DNA of 64,000 nt from Candidatus Krumholzibacteriia bacterium (GTDB taxonomy: Bacteria; Krumholzibacteriota; Krumholzibacteriia; LZORAL124-64-63): the NCBI GenBank assembly GCA_050174015.1, contig JBFXKG010000007.1:128001-192000 (forward strand), given 5' to 3'. Of this stretch, positions 19,317 through 29,430 are shown piece after piece. Position numbers and translations under genes: made by a program. The notes under the pieces are model-generated. The model was not told where the DNA came from, made no database searches, and was given only the letters and a program-made list of their open reading frames with translations. Numbering within the stretch: position 1 is the stretch's first letter; every line of letters begins with the position of its first letter.

Positions 19317-22061
19317 GTGACGCCCATCCTGGCTGCGACCCGACCCGAGACCATCCTGCAGGGAGCCCTGACCGGCGCCCTCGGGGCCGTTTCGGTGCCC
19401 GCCACGGTGGTGGTCCTGCTGGTGATCCTGACCGGGGTTTCGGTGTGGGGCGTCATGATGGCGCGGCGGGCCGCGACGACGCGCCGCTCGGGGGAGGCTA
19501 AGGTCTGGGCCCTGGAGCAGCAGCTGCAGGGATTGCGGGGACTGGCCGCCGACGCGGAGAGGGACCGCGAGGAGATGGCCGAGGTCCTCGGTCTGCAGAA
19601 GAGGAAGACCGAGGCCCTGCGCAGCCGCAGCCGGATCCTCGAGAAGATCCTGGCAATCAGCGCACGCTTCAACGCCACCCGGAACATGGGCGAACTGGTG
19701 GACAAGATCACCGCCGCCGTCGAGGAGGTCGGGGGATTCCGCAAGTCGGTCCTCTATCTCTGGTCGGACAAGACCCGGGCCTACGAGGCCAGGGGGTTCG
19801 CGGGGATCTCCAGCCTCAGCAAGTCCCAGCTGGCGGGGATGCAGGTGCCCGGCGAGGAGTTCGCCGAGCTGACCGACCCGCGTTTCCGCTACTCCAACTG
19901 CTTCCTGGTCCTCCAGGATTCCCGGGGGATCGGGGACGGCCTCTTCACCGATCTGGACGATTCCCCGGTCCCGGGGATCATGGCCCGGGACTGGTCTGCG
20001 GCCCACCTGCTGATCGCCCCGCTGACCACCTCCACCGGCGAGACCCTGGGTTACCTGAGCCTGGACGAGCCCGCCGACGGGCTCATTCCCGGGATGGTGG
20101 AGATCCGGCAGCTGGAGTTCCTGGTCTACCAGGCGACCATCGCATTGGAGTCGGCCGCGGTGTACGACCGCCTGGCGAGCAACAACGCCGAGCTCTCGCT
20201 GGCCTCGGAGAAGCTGAACAGCCTGGCCGACATGAAGACCAACTTCGTGGCCAACGTTTCCCACGAGCTGCGCACCCCCCTGACCTCGATCTCCGCCTAC
20301 GCCGAGCTGCTGCAGAGCCAGATGGGTTCGCTCTCGGAGGAGGCCCGCGGGGAGTTCCTCAAGGTCATCCACAACGAGAGCCTCAAGCTCACCGGGATCA
20401 TCAACGACATCCTGGACATCGGCGAGATGGAGAACGGGCGGCCCCGCCTGCACCGGGAGGAGGCCGACATCGTCTCGCTGGTCCGGCACCTCGAGGAGTC
20501 GTGGCGGAGCCGGGCCCTCGAGCGGGACATCACCCTCGAAGTCCGCGCAGGCGCCGAGAGCATCGTGCTGCCGGGCGACAAGACCCTGCTGAACCAGCTG
20601 CTGACCAAGCTGGTCGGCAACGCCTTCAAGTTCAACCGTGACGGGGGCCGGGTGACCATCACGGTCGAGGAGACCGGCACGGCGGTCCGCATGACGGTGG
20701 AGGACACTGGCATCGGCATCCCCGAGGACAAGCTGGGCCAGATCTTCGAGAGCTTCTACCAGGTGGACGGATCGGCCACCCGGGAACACAACGGGCAGGG
20801 GCTGGGCCTGGCCATCTGCCACGACATCGTCACCCATCACGACGGCCGCATCTGGGCCGAGAATCTCCAGCCCCAGGGGGCCCGGTTCACCGTTCTGCTG
20901 CCCCGGCGGCCGGCCGTCCTGCAGTCGATCCAGCCCGGGGACCGCTACGTCGCCCACCTGGATCCCGGCGAGTTCGTCCAGCGGATGATGCACTGGATCA
21001 GCGAATCCCTCGGCGCCCAGGTCGTGACCCTCATGCAGCCCGACGCGGGCGACGACTACCTGCAGATCAAGGCCGCCATCGGCCTGCCCGAATCGGTGGT
21101 CCAGAGCGCGCGCATCCGCAAGGGCTCGGGGGTGGCGGGCAAGGTCTGGGCCACGGGCAGGACCCTCCTGGTGGAGGACCTGACCAGCGATCAGCGGTTC
21201 CTGCACGAGATCAACGAACCGCGCTATTCCACGCCCTCGCTGCTGTGCGTGCCGCTGGTCAGGGACCGGGACCTGATCGGGGTCCTGGCGGTCAACAACC
21301 GTCAGGACGGCCGCCCCCTCGACGACGACGACCGCCTGCTGCTCGAGGCGATGGCGCCCCGTTTGACCAGGATGCTGACGGTCATGGACACCTGGCAGGG
21401 CAGCGCCCGCGAGTTCGCGGCCCTGGGCGAGACCCTGCGCTCGGTGACCCCGGTGGGACGGCCCGGCCGGGAAAGCATCCTCGACGTGTGCCGGGAGGCC
21501 TGTCTGGCCACGGCCCGGCGGCTGATGCTGCCGGACGAGGACCTGCAGCCCCTGGCCTTCACCCTGGAGTTCCACGACGTGGGCATGAGGGCGGTGCCGC
21601 CCCAGCTGCTCAACCGCCCCGGCCCGCTGGACGACCCGGCCCGCCTCCTGGTCCGGCAGCACGTGGAGGTGGGGCTGGAGATCCTGGCTCCCCTGGACCC
21701 CGGGCCCAGGACCCGGCAGCTGGTCCTCCACCACCACGAGAACTTCGACGGCAGCGGTTACCCCGCGGGTCTCGCAGGCGAGGCCATCCCCCTGGGGGCG
21801 AGGCTGCTGCGCCTGACCGACACCATGGCGGCCCTCCTGTGTCCCCGGCCCTGGCGTCCCGCCCTGTCGCTGGACGAAGCCCTGGCGGAAGTGCGCAAGG
21901 GCAGCGGAAGCGCCTATTGCCCCCGCCTGACCGAACCCTTCCTGAGGGAGATCGAGGAACGGCGGGACCGGATCCTTTCCCTGCAGGCCTTCGGGGATGA
22001 GGACATGGCCCTGCACCGCCCCGCTCTCGATCGGCGGGGAATGATCCCGGTCCGTCCCTGA
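19317..22061 (+). CDS. Membrane-anchored GAF-histidine kinase-GAF-HD-GYP protein
   Basis: One N-terminal TM helix, GAF, 'VSHELRTPLTSI', 'GNAFKFN', 'GQGLGLAIC', a second GAF ('GVAGKVWATG', 'LLCVPLV'), 'FHDVG', 'HHHENFDGSGYP'. Confidence 0.88.
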   Translation: MTPILAATRPETILQGALTGALGAVSVPATVVVLLVILTGVSVWGVMMARRAATTRRSGEAKVWALEQQLQGLRGLAADAERDREEMAEVLGLQKRKTEALRSRSRILEKILAISARFNATRNMGELVDKITAAVEEVGGFRKSVLYLWSDKTRAYEARGFAGISSLSKSQLAGMQVPGEEFAELTDPRFRYSNCFLVLQDSRGIGDGLFTDLDDSPVPGIMARDWSAAHLLIAPLTTSTGETLGYLSLDEPADGLIPGMVEIRQLEFLVYQATIALESAAVYDRLASNNAELSLASEKLNSLADMKTNFVANVSHELRTPLTSISAYAELLQSQMGSLSEEARGEFLKVIHNESLKLTGIINDILDIGEMENGRPRLHREEADIVSLVRHLEESWRSRALERDITLEVRAGAESIVLPGDKTLLNQLLTKLVGNAFKFNRDGGRVTITVEETGTAVRMTVEDTGIGIPEDKLGQIFESFYQVDGSATREHNGQGLGLAICHDIVTHHDGRIWAENLQPQGARFTVLLPRRPAVLQSIQPGDRYVAHLDPGEFVQRMMHWISESLGAQVVTLMQPDAGDDYLQIKAAIGLPESVVQSARIRKGSGVAGKVWATGRTLLVEDLTSDQRFLHEINEPRYSTPSLLCVPLVRDRDLIGVLAVNNRQDGRPLDDDDRLLLEAMAPRLTRMLTVMDTWQGSAREFAALGETLRSVTPVGRPGRESILDVCREACLATARRLMLPDEDLQPLAFTLEFHDVGMRAVPPQLLNRPGPLDDPARLLVRQHVEVGLEILAPLDPGPRTRQLVLHHHENFDGSGYPAGLAGEAIPLGARLLRLTDTMAALLCPRPWRPALSLDEALAEVRKGSGSAYCPRLTEPFLREIEERRDRILSLQAFGDEDMALHRPALDRRGMIPVRP

Positions 22062-22143
22062 GCCGAGACGAAATCCGTCAACCCCCTGCCGCTTTTGCCG
22101 ATAGGATGGACGACCCGGAAGGACACCCCCAAGGAGGAGACCC

Positions 22144-22515
22144 ATGCGCAGGGTGCTGATCGCCGACGACGAGCTCAATATCCGCAACATCCTGGAATTC
22201 AGCCTGAACGCCGAGGGTTTCGACGTCATCGTCGCGGAGAACGGGCAGGACGCCATCGATCTGGCCCGCACCGAGGCGCCCGATCTGATCATTCTCGACG
22301 TGATGATGCCCGGCCTCAGCGGCATCGACACCTGCGCCCGCCTCAAGCGGGAGAGCGTGACCGCCCAGATCCCGGTCATCCTGTTGACGGCGAAGTCCCA
22401 CCGGGAGGACCGCGAAGCCGGCCTGGCGGTGGGCGCCGACCAGTACATCACCAAGCCGTTCAGTCCGCACACGGTCATCGCGGCGGTCTCGGGCCTGCTG
22501 GGCGTGGCGCGCTGA
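22144..22515 (+). CDS. Single-domain response regulator (CheY-like)
   Basis: RBS AAGGAGG. 'VLIADDE', 'ILDVMMP', 'ITKPFS'. Confidence 0.93.
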   Translation: MRRVLIADDELNIRNILEFSLNAEGFDVIVAENGQDAIDLARTEAPDLIILDVMMPGLSGIDTCARLKRESVTAQIPVILLTAKSHREDREAGLAVGADQYITKPFSPHTVIAAVSGLLGVAR

Positions 22516-22681
22516 CGCCCGGGAGCGACGGCCGGCCCGGCCGCCGTCACCGGGGATGGACGCATTCCCCGCCTCCGCTTACTATGCCTCCCGACCACCT
22601 CGGCCAGGATCAGCCGGCCCGCAGCGGGACTGCGTGCCGGCTGATCCCGGTCCGGCCCTGCGGCCGTCTCCGGGAGAAGGC

Positions 22682-24703
22682 ATGGACCCGCGACCCCAGC
22701 TGCTGGACATCGCCCTGCCGGTCCCCCTGGACCGGACCTTCTCCTATGGGCACGGACGGATCGACCCCGGGGTCGTCCGGGCCCAGATCGGCGATCTGGT
22801 CGTGGCGCCGTTCGGCCGGCGGCGGGAAGTCATCGGGCTGGTGGTCGGGGCCGCGGACCTCGAGCCGGGGCGGACCAGCGTGGAAGGCGCGGAGCTGAAG
22901 GACGTCCTCCGGGTGCTGCCGCCGGAATACCGCATCACCGGGGACAGGTTGCGCCTGGGCCGCTGGTTGGCCGGCTACTACGCCCTGCCCCTGGGCGAGG
23001 TCGTGCCGCTGTTCCATCCGCCCGCGCCGGGCACGAGGACCAGGGCCGGGGGCCCGAAGGCGGAGACGCCGTATCCCCTGCAGGATCCCCCGGACATCGT
23101 CCTGACTCCCGATCAGCGCCGGCCGGTGGCCGCGGCGGTGGAGCTGCTGGACGCCGAGACCTACGGCGCCCTGCTGCTGCACGGGGTGACCGGCAGCGGG
23201 AAGACCGAGGTCTACCTGACGGTCATCGCCGAGGCGCTGGCCAGAGGCAGGGACGCGATCTACCTCCTGCCGGAAATCGCCCTGACGCCCCAGACCCTGG
23301 CCCGGATCACCGCCCGGTTCGGGGACCGGGTGGCCGCGATCCACAGCGGGCTGTCGGCGGGGGAACGCTGCCGGGTCCACGAGGCCGCGGCTCGGGGGGA
23401 GATCAAGGTGGTGGTGGGCCCGCGGTCGGCCCTGTTCGCGCCCCTGCGCCGGCTGGGGACGATCGTCGTGGACGAGGAACACGACAATTCCTACAAGCAG
23501 GACGAGAAGCCCCGCTACCACGCCCGTCATGCCGCCCTGGTGCGGGGGCGGGAGAACCGCGCGGTGGTGATCCTGGGATCGGCCACGCCCGACCTGGAAA
23601 CCGTGACGGGAGCCGAGTCGGGCCTGTTCGCCCTGCACGGCCTGCCCGAACGGGTCGGGGCCGGGGATCTGCCCCCGGTGGAGATCGTGGACATGCGGGG
23701 ATCCACGTCGCTCGAGGGCTTCACCTCGGCCTTGACCGAGGCCCTGGGACAGGTCCTGGAGGACAAGCGCCAGGCGTTGATCTACTACAACCGCCGCGGG
23801 TTCGCCCGGGTCATCCAGTGCTCGGCCTGCGGCGAGGCGGCGGAGTGTCCCAACTGCGACATCGGGCTGACCATGCACCTGCGGCCGCGCCGGCTGCTCT
23901 GCCACTACTGCGGCCTGACCCGGCCGATCCCCGACACCTGCCCGGCCTGCGGGGCCGACGCCTTCCTGCCCGCGGGCGGTGGCACCGAAAAGGTGGAACT
24001 CAATCTTCAGGCCCACTTCCCCGAGGCCCGCATCCTGCGCTTCGACCACGATACGACCCGCCGGCGGGGCAGCCACCAGCGCATCCTGTCGGCCTTCGCC
24101 GAGGGCCGGGCCGACATCCTGATCGGCACCCAGATGATCGCCAAGGGCCACCACTTCCCGGCGGTCGCGCTCGTCGGGGTCCTCGCCGCGGACGACGGCC
24201 TGGTCATGCCCGACTTCCGCGCCGCCGAGCGCACGTTCCAGCTGTTGACCCAGGTCGCCGGCCGGTCCGGCCGGACCGGGATCGGCAAGGTCATCTTCCA
24301 GACCTGGAAACCGGACGACCCGGTCATCCTGGCGGCGGCCGGGCACGACCAGCAGGCGTTCCTGGTCCAGGAATTGCCCAACCGCCGGGCGCTGGGGTAC
24401 CCCCCGTACCGACGGCTGGCGCGGGTCGGGTTGCTGGGCCGGAAGCAGGGCATGGTCCAGGAGGCGGCCTCCGGGTTGGCCGCCGCCCTGAGGGGACAGT
24501 TCGCCGGTCCCCGATTGACGGTCCTGGGGCCTGCGCCGGCGGTGTTCGCCAGGCTGCAGGACCGGTTCCGCTTCCAGATCCTGGTCAAGGGATCGCTGAC
24601 CCTGAAGGAGAAGGCCTGGCTGGCCTCCTGTTGCCGCGGGTTGAAGGAGACTTACCGTGGACTGGACGTCTTCCACGACATCGATCCCACGGCGATGTTC
24701 TGA
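22682..24703 (+). CDS. priA: Primosomal protein N' (replication restart helicase)
   Basis: 'HGVTGSGKTEVY', 'DEEH', 'SATP', Cys-rich Zn region (CSAC..CPNC..CHYC..CPAC), 'QVAGRSGR'. Confidence 0.96.
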   Translation: MDPRPQLLDIALPVPLDRTFSYGHGRIDPGVVRAQIGDLVVAPFGRRREVIGLVVGAADLEPGRTSVEGAELKDVLRVLPPEYRITGDRLRLGRWLAGYYALPLGEVVPLFHPPAPGTRTRAGGPKAETPYPLQDPPDIVLTPDQRRPVAAAVELLDAETYGALLLHGVTGSGKTEVYLTVIAEALARGRDAIYLLPEIALTPQTLARITARFGDRVAAIHSGLSAGERCRVHEAAARGEIKVVVGPRSALFAPLRRLGTIVVDEEHDNSYKQDEKPRYHARHAALVRGRENRAVVILGSATPDLETVTGAESGLFALHGLPERVGAGDLPPVEIVDMRGSTSLEGFTSALTEALGQVLEDKRQALIYYNRRGFARVIQCSACGEAAECPNCDIGLTMHLRPRRLLCHYCGLTRPIPDTCPACGADAFLPAGGGTEKVELNLQAHFPEARILRFDHDTTRRRGSHQRILSAFAEGRADILIGTQMIAKGHHFPAVALVGVLAADDGLVMPDFRAAERTFQLLTQVAGRSGRTGIGKVIFQTWKPDDPVILAAAGHDQQAFLVQELPNRRALGYPPYRRLARVGLLGRKQGMVQEAASGLAAALRGQFAGPRLTVLGPAPAVFARLQDRFRFQILVKGSLTLKEKAWLASCCRGLKETYRGLDVFHDIDPTAMF

Positions 24704-24764
24704 CCCGGCCGGCGCGGGTTTCGGTTCAGTTCGGACGGGGAATGCCGAAAAAACCAATGATTAT

Positions 24765-24792
24765 TTGAAGTCTGGAACGATTCTGGTAGAAT
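24765..24792 (+). promoter_or_regulatory. Sigma70-like promoter for the C1 peptidase gene
   Basis: TTGAAG-16 nt-TAGAAT with an extended -10 TG, in an AT-rich intergenic region. Confidence 0.5.
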
Positions 24793-24857
24793 GGTGGCTG
24801 GAATCCACCGCCGGCGGGGTGTCGGCGGTTTCGCTCGCCTCCCGGGAAAGGTACGAC

Positions 24858-27800
24858 ATGCAAGGCAGGACAACCCGCAGGACCGGACAGCTGGCCCTTG
24901 CCCTCTTCGCCCTGGCCGCCCTGGCGGCTCCCCTCGCCGCGGCTGCCGACCGGCCGGCCGCCATGGAGGCTCCCGACCTCCAGGACATCCAGCGCCGCAT
25001 CGACGAGAACGGCTGGAGCTTCGAGGTCACCGACCGTTTCAGCAGCACGCTCACTCCCGAGCAGCGCGCCAACCTGCGGGGCTACAATCCCCCTCCGGGT
25101 TACGAGGACGAACTGCGCAAGCACCTGAAGATCTACCCCGTCGACAAGGCCCTTCCCTCCAGCCTGGACTGGCGGGATCTCGACGGGGTCACCTCCGTCA
25201 AGAACCAGGGCGATTGCGGATCCTGCTGGGCCTTCGCCGCCACCGCGGAGATGGAATCCTTCGTGAAGATCTATTACGGACAGGAACTGGATCTGAGCGA
25301 GCAGCAGGTCGTCTCCTGCAACCCCTACGGGGCCGGCTGCGGCGGCGGCTGGGCTTCGGCGGCCTACTACGTGTTCCGCAACGACGGGGCCGTCATGGAG
25401 AACTGCGCACCCTACGTGGGGATGGATCCCCCCGTCGCCCCCTGCACCCAGGACGACTTCCTGAAGTATGCGACGATCACCGGCTGGAACTACATCGCCA
25501 ACGACGTCGCCCAGATCAAGGCCGCCCTGCAGACCGGACCGGTCTGCACCGCCATCGACGCCGGTCCGGAGTTCGAGGCCTATGGCGGGGGCTGTTACGA
25601 CGTGCCGGGTGGCATGACCAACCACCTGGTCCTCATCGTCGGCTACGACGACCGGGCCTGCAACGGCAACGGCGCCTGGATCATCAAGAACAGCTGGGGC
25701 GCGGATTTCGGCCAGGCGGGATACATCGAGGTCCAGTACGGCGCCGGATCCACGGGCACCAGCTGCACCCAGCTGGTCTACTCGCCGCCGCCGACCACGA
25801 TCACTCTCGACCCCTTCCTGGGCCAGGAGCCCCTGTACGGGGACCAGGAACTGGAGTTGACCTGGACGACCAGCGGCGATCCGGCAGCAACGGTGGACAT
25901 CTGGGTCGGGCTCGCCGGCGACTGCCACGACGTTCCTGTCGCCACGGGCGTACCCAACACCGGCAGCTACCTGTGGACCGTTCCCAACCACGGCACCGCG
26001 TACGCCAGCCTGGTCGTGTTCCCCGGCGGGAACAGCCTGCAGGGCTTCGACCTGCCCGACCGGAATCTCGAAATCATCGGGCACAAGGTCCGCTACGTAT
26101 CCCCGTCGGGAAGCAACACCGCTCCGTACGAGACGCCGCAGACCGCAGCCCACACCATCGGGGCCGCGGTCACCGCCTGCACCGGCACCGATACGGTCCT
26201 GGTCGTGGGGGGCGACTTCAGCGGGTCGGTGACGGTGGCCTCGACCGTCCGGCTGCTCGGGTCCTGGGATCCCACCTTCACCGTCCAGGATTCCGAGGTC
26301 CATCCCACCCGGCTGCAGGGCGGGGGATCGGCCCTGAAGTTCTTCGCGGCCAGCGGGGACTACGGCCTGGTCGAGAAGTTCGTCTTCCATGACTGCGTCG
26401 GGGGCAACTATTCCCAGCCGATGCCCGGGGTCCACGGCGGGGCCATCTACAGCATCAACGCCTCGCCGACCATCCGGGATTGCGTCTTCCAGACCAACCG
26501 CGCGGCGCTGGGCTCGGGCTTCGGGGTCGGGGGCGCGCTCTGCCTGGTCGGAGGGGCTCCGGTGATCGAGAACTGCACCTTCACCGGCAACATCGCCACC
26601 AGGGGCGGAGCCGCGGGCGTGTTCGCGGGGGCCTCGGCCAGCTTCGTCGACTGCGACCTGACGGCCAACAGCTGCAGCGACAGCCTGCCCGACTACTTCG
26701 GAGCGGGGGTCTACGTCCAGGACGCGACCGTGGTCCTCCAGGGTTCCACCCTCGCGGGCAACGGCGGCTCGTACCAGGGCGGCGGCATCTACCTCGACGG
26801 CGGGCAGGTCGAACTGGTCGATGCGGTCCTGAGGAACAACCGCGCCAACCAGAGCGGGGGCGGAGTGCAGGCGGTCGGGGGATCGCTGGTCATGACCCGC
26901 GCCACGGTCGAGGGCAACTCGGCGGGGGCTTCGTTCGGCGGCGGCGTGATGGCCGAGGGGGCCGACCTGGTCCTGCGGAACGTCCGGTTCACCGGAAACG
27001 CGTCGGCCAGCCTGGGCGGGGCCCTGTACACCTCGGCGGTGACCGGCCTGGTCGAGAACTGCCTGGCCGACGGGAACACCGGGGCCCTCGTCGGGGGCCT
27101 GGTGATCCTCAGCGACGCCGGGTTCGCCCTGCGCAACACGGTCATCTACGGGAACACCGGCGGCGGCCTGCTGGGCGGAGGCGCGGCGTTCTCGGCCGAC
27201 TACAACAACGTCTGGAACAACAGCGGCGGGGATTACATCTCCACCGAACCGGGCCCCAACGATCTGGGTTGCGAGCCCCAGTTCGTGGATCTCGGCGGTG
27301 GCGATCCGGGCCTGGGCGTCCATTCGCCCCTGATCGACGCCGGCCAGCCGGGTTGCCTCGATCCCGACGGCTCCCCCTCGGACGTCGGCCTGTGCGGGGG
27401 GCCCGCGGCGGACTTTCCGGCCCCGGCCAGGGTGGGCGGCCTGGCCCTGACCGCCCTGGAGGGCGGCAGCTACCGGCTGGACTGGGTGCCCAACGTCGAG
27501 CCCGACGTGGACCACTACGTGGTCTACCGCGATTCGGCCGAGGTCTTCGTCCCCGCGGCGGGCAAGGCGCTGGGCCAGGTGACCCATCCCACGGCCACCT
27601 TCACGGACACCCCGCCCTTCGCCGAGGGATACTACCTGGTGGTGGCCGTCGATTCCCAGGGCCATGCCGGCGGGTATTCCGAAGCGGTCCTTTTCTCCTC
27701 GTCCGGGCTATCCGGGGCCGGGGATCCCGTCTTGCCGGCGGTCCTGGACATCCGGGGCATCTATCCCAATCCCTTCAACCCCACCACGACCATCCTGTTC

Positions 27801-28016
27801 GAGGTCCCGCTGGACGGCCGCGTCCGGCTGGAGATCTTCGACGTGCGCGGCCGGAAGGTCTGCGGGCTGGTGGATGAGGTCCTGCAGGCGGGGGCGCACC
27901 GCGTCACCTGGAGGGGACGGGATGAACGGGGTTCGGCCGCGGCCTCGGGCATCTACTTCGCCCGGCTCGATGACGGTCACCGCAGGGTGACCACCAAGAT
28001 GGTCCTGGCCCGCTAG
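24858..28016 (+). CDS. Secreted papain-family (C1A) cysteine peptidase with right-handed beta-helix repeats and C-terminal FlgD/T9SS-like domain
   Basis: Signal peptide. Catalytic motifs 'QGDCGSCWAF', 'NHLVLIVGY', 'IIKNSWG'. 'GGAI/N.A' repeats. 'YPNPFNP...GIYFARL...KMVLAR'. Confidence 0.92.
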   Translation: MQGRTTRRTGQLALALFALAALAAPLAAAADRPAAMEAPDLQDIQRRIDENGWSFEVTDRFSSTLTPEQRANLRGYNPPPGYEDELRKHLKIYPVDKALPSSLDWRDLDGVTSVKNQGDCGSCWAFAATAEMESFVKIYYGQELDLSEQQVVSCNPYGAGCGGGWASAAYYVFRNDGAVMENCAPYVGMDPPVAPCTQDDFLKYATITGWNYIANDVAQIKAALQTGPVCTAIDAGPEFEAYGGGCYDVPGGMTNHLVLIVGYDDRACNGNGAWIIKNSWGADFGQAGYIEVQYGAGSTGTSCTQLVYSPPPTTITLDPFLGQEPLYGDQELELTWTTSGDPAATVDIWVGLAGDCHDVPVATGVPNTGSYLWTVPNHGTAYASLVVFPGGNSLQGFDLPDRNLEIIGHKVRYVSPSGSNTAPYETPQTAAHTIGAAVTACTGTDTVLVVGGDFSGSVTVASTVRLLGSWDPTFTVQDSEVHPTRLQGGGSALKFFAASGDYGLVEKFVFHDCVGGNYSQPMPGVHGGAIYSINASPTIRDCVFQTNRAALGSGFGVGGALCLVGGAPVIENCTFTGNIATRGGAAGVFAGASASFVDCDLTANSCSDSLPDYFGAGVYVQDATVVLQGSTLAGNGGSYQGGGIYLDGGQVELVDAVLRNNRANQSGGGVQAVGGSLVMTRATVEGNSAGASFGGGVMAEGADLVLRNVRFTGNASASLGGALYTSAVTGLVENCLADGNTGALVGGLVILSDAGFALRNTVIYGNTGGGLLGGGAAFSADYNNVWNNSGGDYISTEPGPNDLGCEPQFVDLGGGDPGLGVHSPLIDAGQPGCLDPDGSPSDVGLCGGPAADFPAPARVGGLALTALEGGSYRLDWVPNVEPDVDHYVVYRDSAEVFVPAAGKALGQVTHPTATFTDTPPFAEGYYLVVAVDSQGHAGGYSEAVLFSSSGLSGAGDPVLPAVLDIRGIYPNPFNPTTTILFEVPLDGRVRLEIFDVRGRKVCGLVDEVLQAGAHRVTWRGRDERGSAAASGIYFARLDDGHRRVTTKMVLAR

Positions 28017-28069
28017 GGCACGGGGATCGACGACGATTGCGATGACGCCCACGGTCCCGGCCGTGGGCG

Positions 28070-29197
28070 TCAGTCCAACCAGCGAAGGATCTCCTCGGTC
28101 CGCACCTGGCCGAAGATGTTCATCTGACCCAGCCCGCGGGGCAGCACCCAGTTGAGCCCCTGGCGGCTGGTCTGCTTCTTGTCGCCCTGGAGCATCCGCT
28201 CCAGTTCGGCCGGATCGGGCGCGGGATGGCTCACCGGCAGCCCGCAGGCTTCCAGCAATTCCACCATCTGCACGGCCGCGGGCAGGGGGCACTCGCCCCG
28301 CTGGGCGGCGACCCGGAAGACGACGGCCATGCCGATGGCGACGGCCTGCCCGTGGCTCAAGGGGGTCCCGCTGCGGTGGCTGATGGCCTCCAGGGCGTGG
28401 CCCAGGGTGTGACCCAGATTGAGGCTGCGTCGCAGGCCGCCCTCCTGGAAGTCCCGCGTGACGATGCGGGCCTTGACCGAGGCCGCACGTCCGATCCACG
28501 AGGTCCAGTCGAGACTGCCGAGCACCCCGGGCACGGGGCCGTCGGCATCCGGACCGGCGAAGAGGTTGAACAGCCGCGGTCTGGCCTCGTGCATCTCCCG
28601 GAAGAGTTCCGGATCGCCGATGGCTGCCGTCTTGATGAGCTCGGCCAGGCCGTCGCGCCAGGCGCCGCGCGGCAGGGAGCAGAGGAACCCGGGATCGGCG
28701 AGGATGCCCGAGGCGGGATGGAAGCAGCCCACCGGGTTCTTCAGGCCGGCGGCGTTGACGGCGGTCTTGCCGCCGATGCTGGCGTCCACCATGGCCAGCA
28801 GGGTCGTGGGGACGGACACGAAGCCCACTCCCCGGCGCCAGGTCGCCGCGGCCATCCCCGCCAGGTCCAGCAAGGCCCCGCCGCCGATCCCCACGATGAC
28901 TCCGTCCCGCGCCAGGCGGCCACCGGCCAGCCACTCGTAAACCTCCTCCAGTCGCCCCAGGGTCTTGCATCCCTCGCCGCCGGGCAGGATGAGGGTGCGG
29001 GGGGAGGGGTGGCCGCAGGCCTGGTGGATCTGTTCGAGCCAGGGAGCGTGGCCGGAGGCCACAGCCTGGTCGAGGATGACCACCGGAGGGGGATGGGGGA
29101 CGAACGCCCCCAGTTCGAGGCAGGCCAGCGGACCCAGCACGTATGTGCTGGACCGGCCCCCGAGGGTCATGCCGATGCGGATCGGGCGCGTGCTCAC
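28070..29197 (-). CDS. aroB: 3-dehydroquinate synthase
   Basis: 'GGEGCKT', 'GIGGG', 'VPTTLLAMVDASIGGKTAVN', 'KNPVGCFH', 'LNLGHTLGHALE', 'HGQAVAIGM'. GTG start with RBS GGAG inferred. Confidence 0.92.
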   Translation of the reverse strand: MSTRPIRIGMTLGGRSSTYVLGPLACLELGAFVPHPPPVVILDQAVASGHAPWLEQIHQACGHPSPRTLILPGGEGCKTLGRLEEVYEWLAGGRLARDGVIVGIGGGALLDLAGMAAATWRRGVGFVSVPTTLLAMVDASIGGKTAVNAAGLKNPVGCFHPASGILADPGFLCSLPRGAWRDGLAELIKTAAIGDPELFREMHEARPRLFNLFAGPDADGPVPGVLGSLDWTSWIGRAASVKARIVTRDFQEGGLRRSLNLGHTLGHALEAISHRSGTPLSHGQAVAIGMAVVFRVAAQRGECPLPAAVQMVELLEACGLPVSHPAPDPAELERMLQGDKKQTSRQGLNWVLPRGLGQMNIFGQVRTEEILRWLD

Positions 29198-29336
29198 GAT
29201 GAGGATCTCCAGGGAAAAGGTCCGCGGAAAACCCAGTCTGTCGAGGGTGTTTTCCATCCGGCAGGTGTTCGGGAAACCCTTGTAGTGAAAGTGACTATCA
29301 CTATCGCAAGCTTGCCGAATCCGGCGGGGGTTTCCC

Positions 29337-29365
29337 TTGTTTCCGCCGTCGGGGAGGACTACTTT
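29337..29365 (+). promoter_or_regulatory. Sigma70-like promoter for the por operon
   Basis: TTGTTT-17 nt-TACTTT upstream of the gamma subunit gene. Confidence 0.4.
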
Positions 29366-29430
29366 AACCGTGCCGGAACATCGGATTCTACACTCCGGCC
29401 GCGATGATTACCACCAAAGGAGTGATCTCC

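Noticed and set aside
19218..22598. Long antisense and alternate-frame ORFs (this 1126-aa one, 53501-57226, 24726-27665, 11948-14362, 59144-61651 and others)
   Set aside because: Shadow ORFs typical of high-GC coding DNA. They overlap well-supported genes and have no recognisable motifs.
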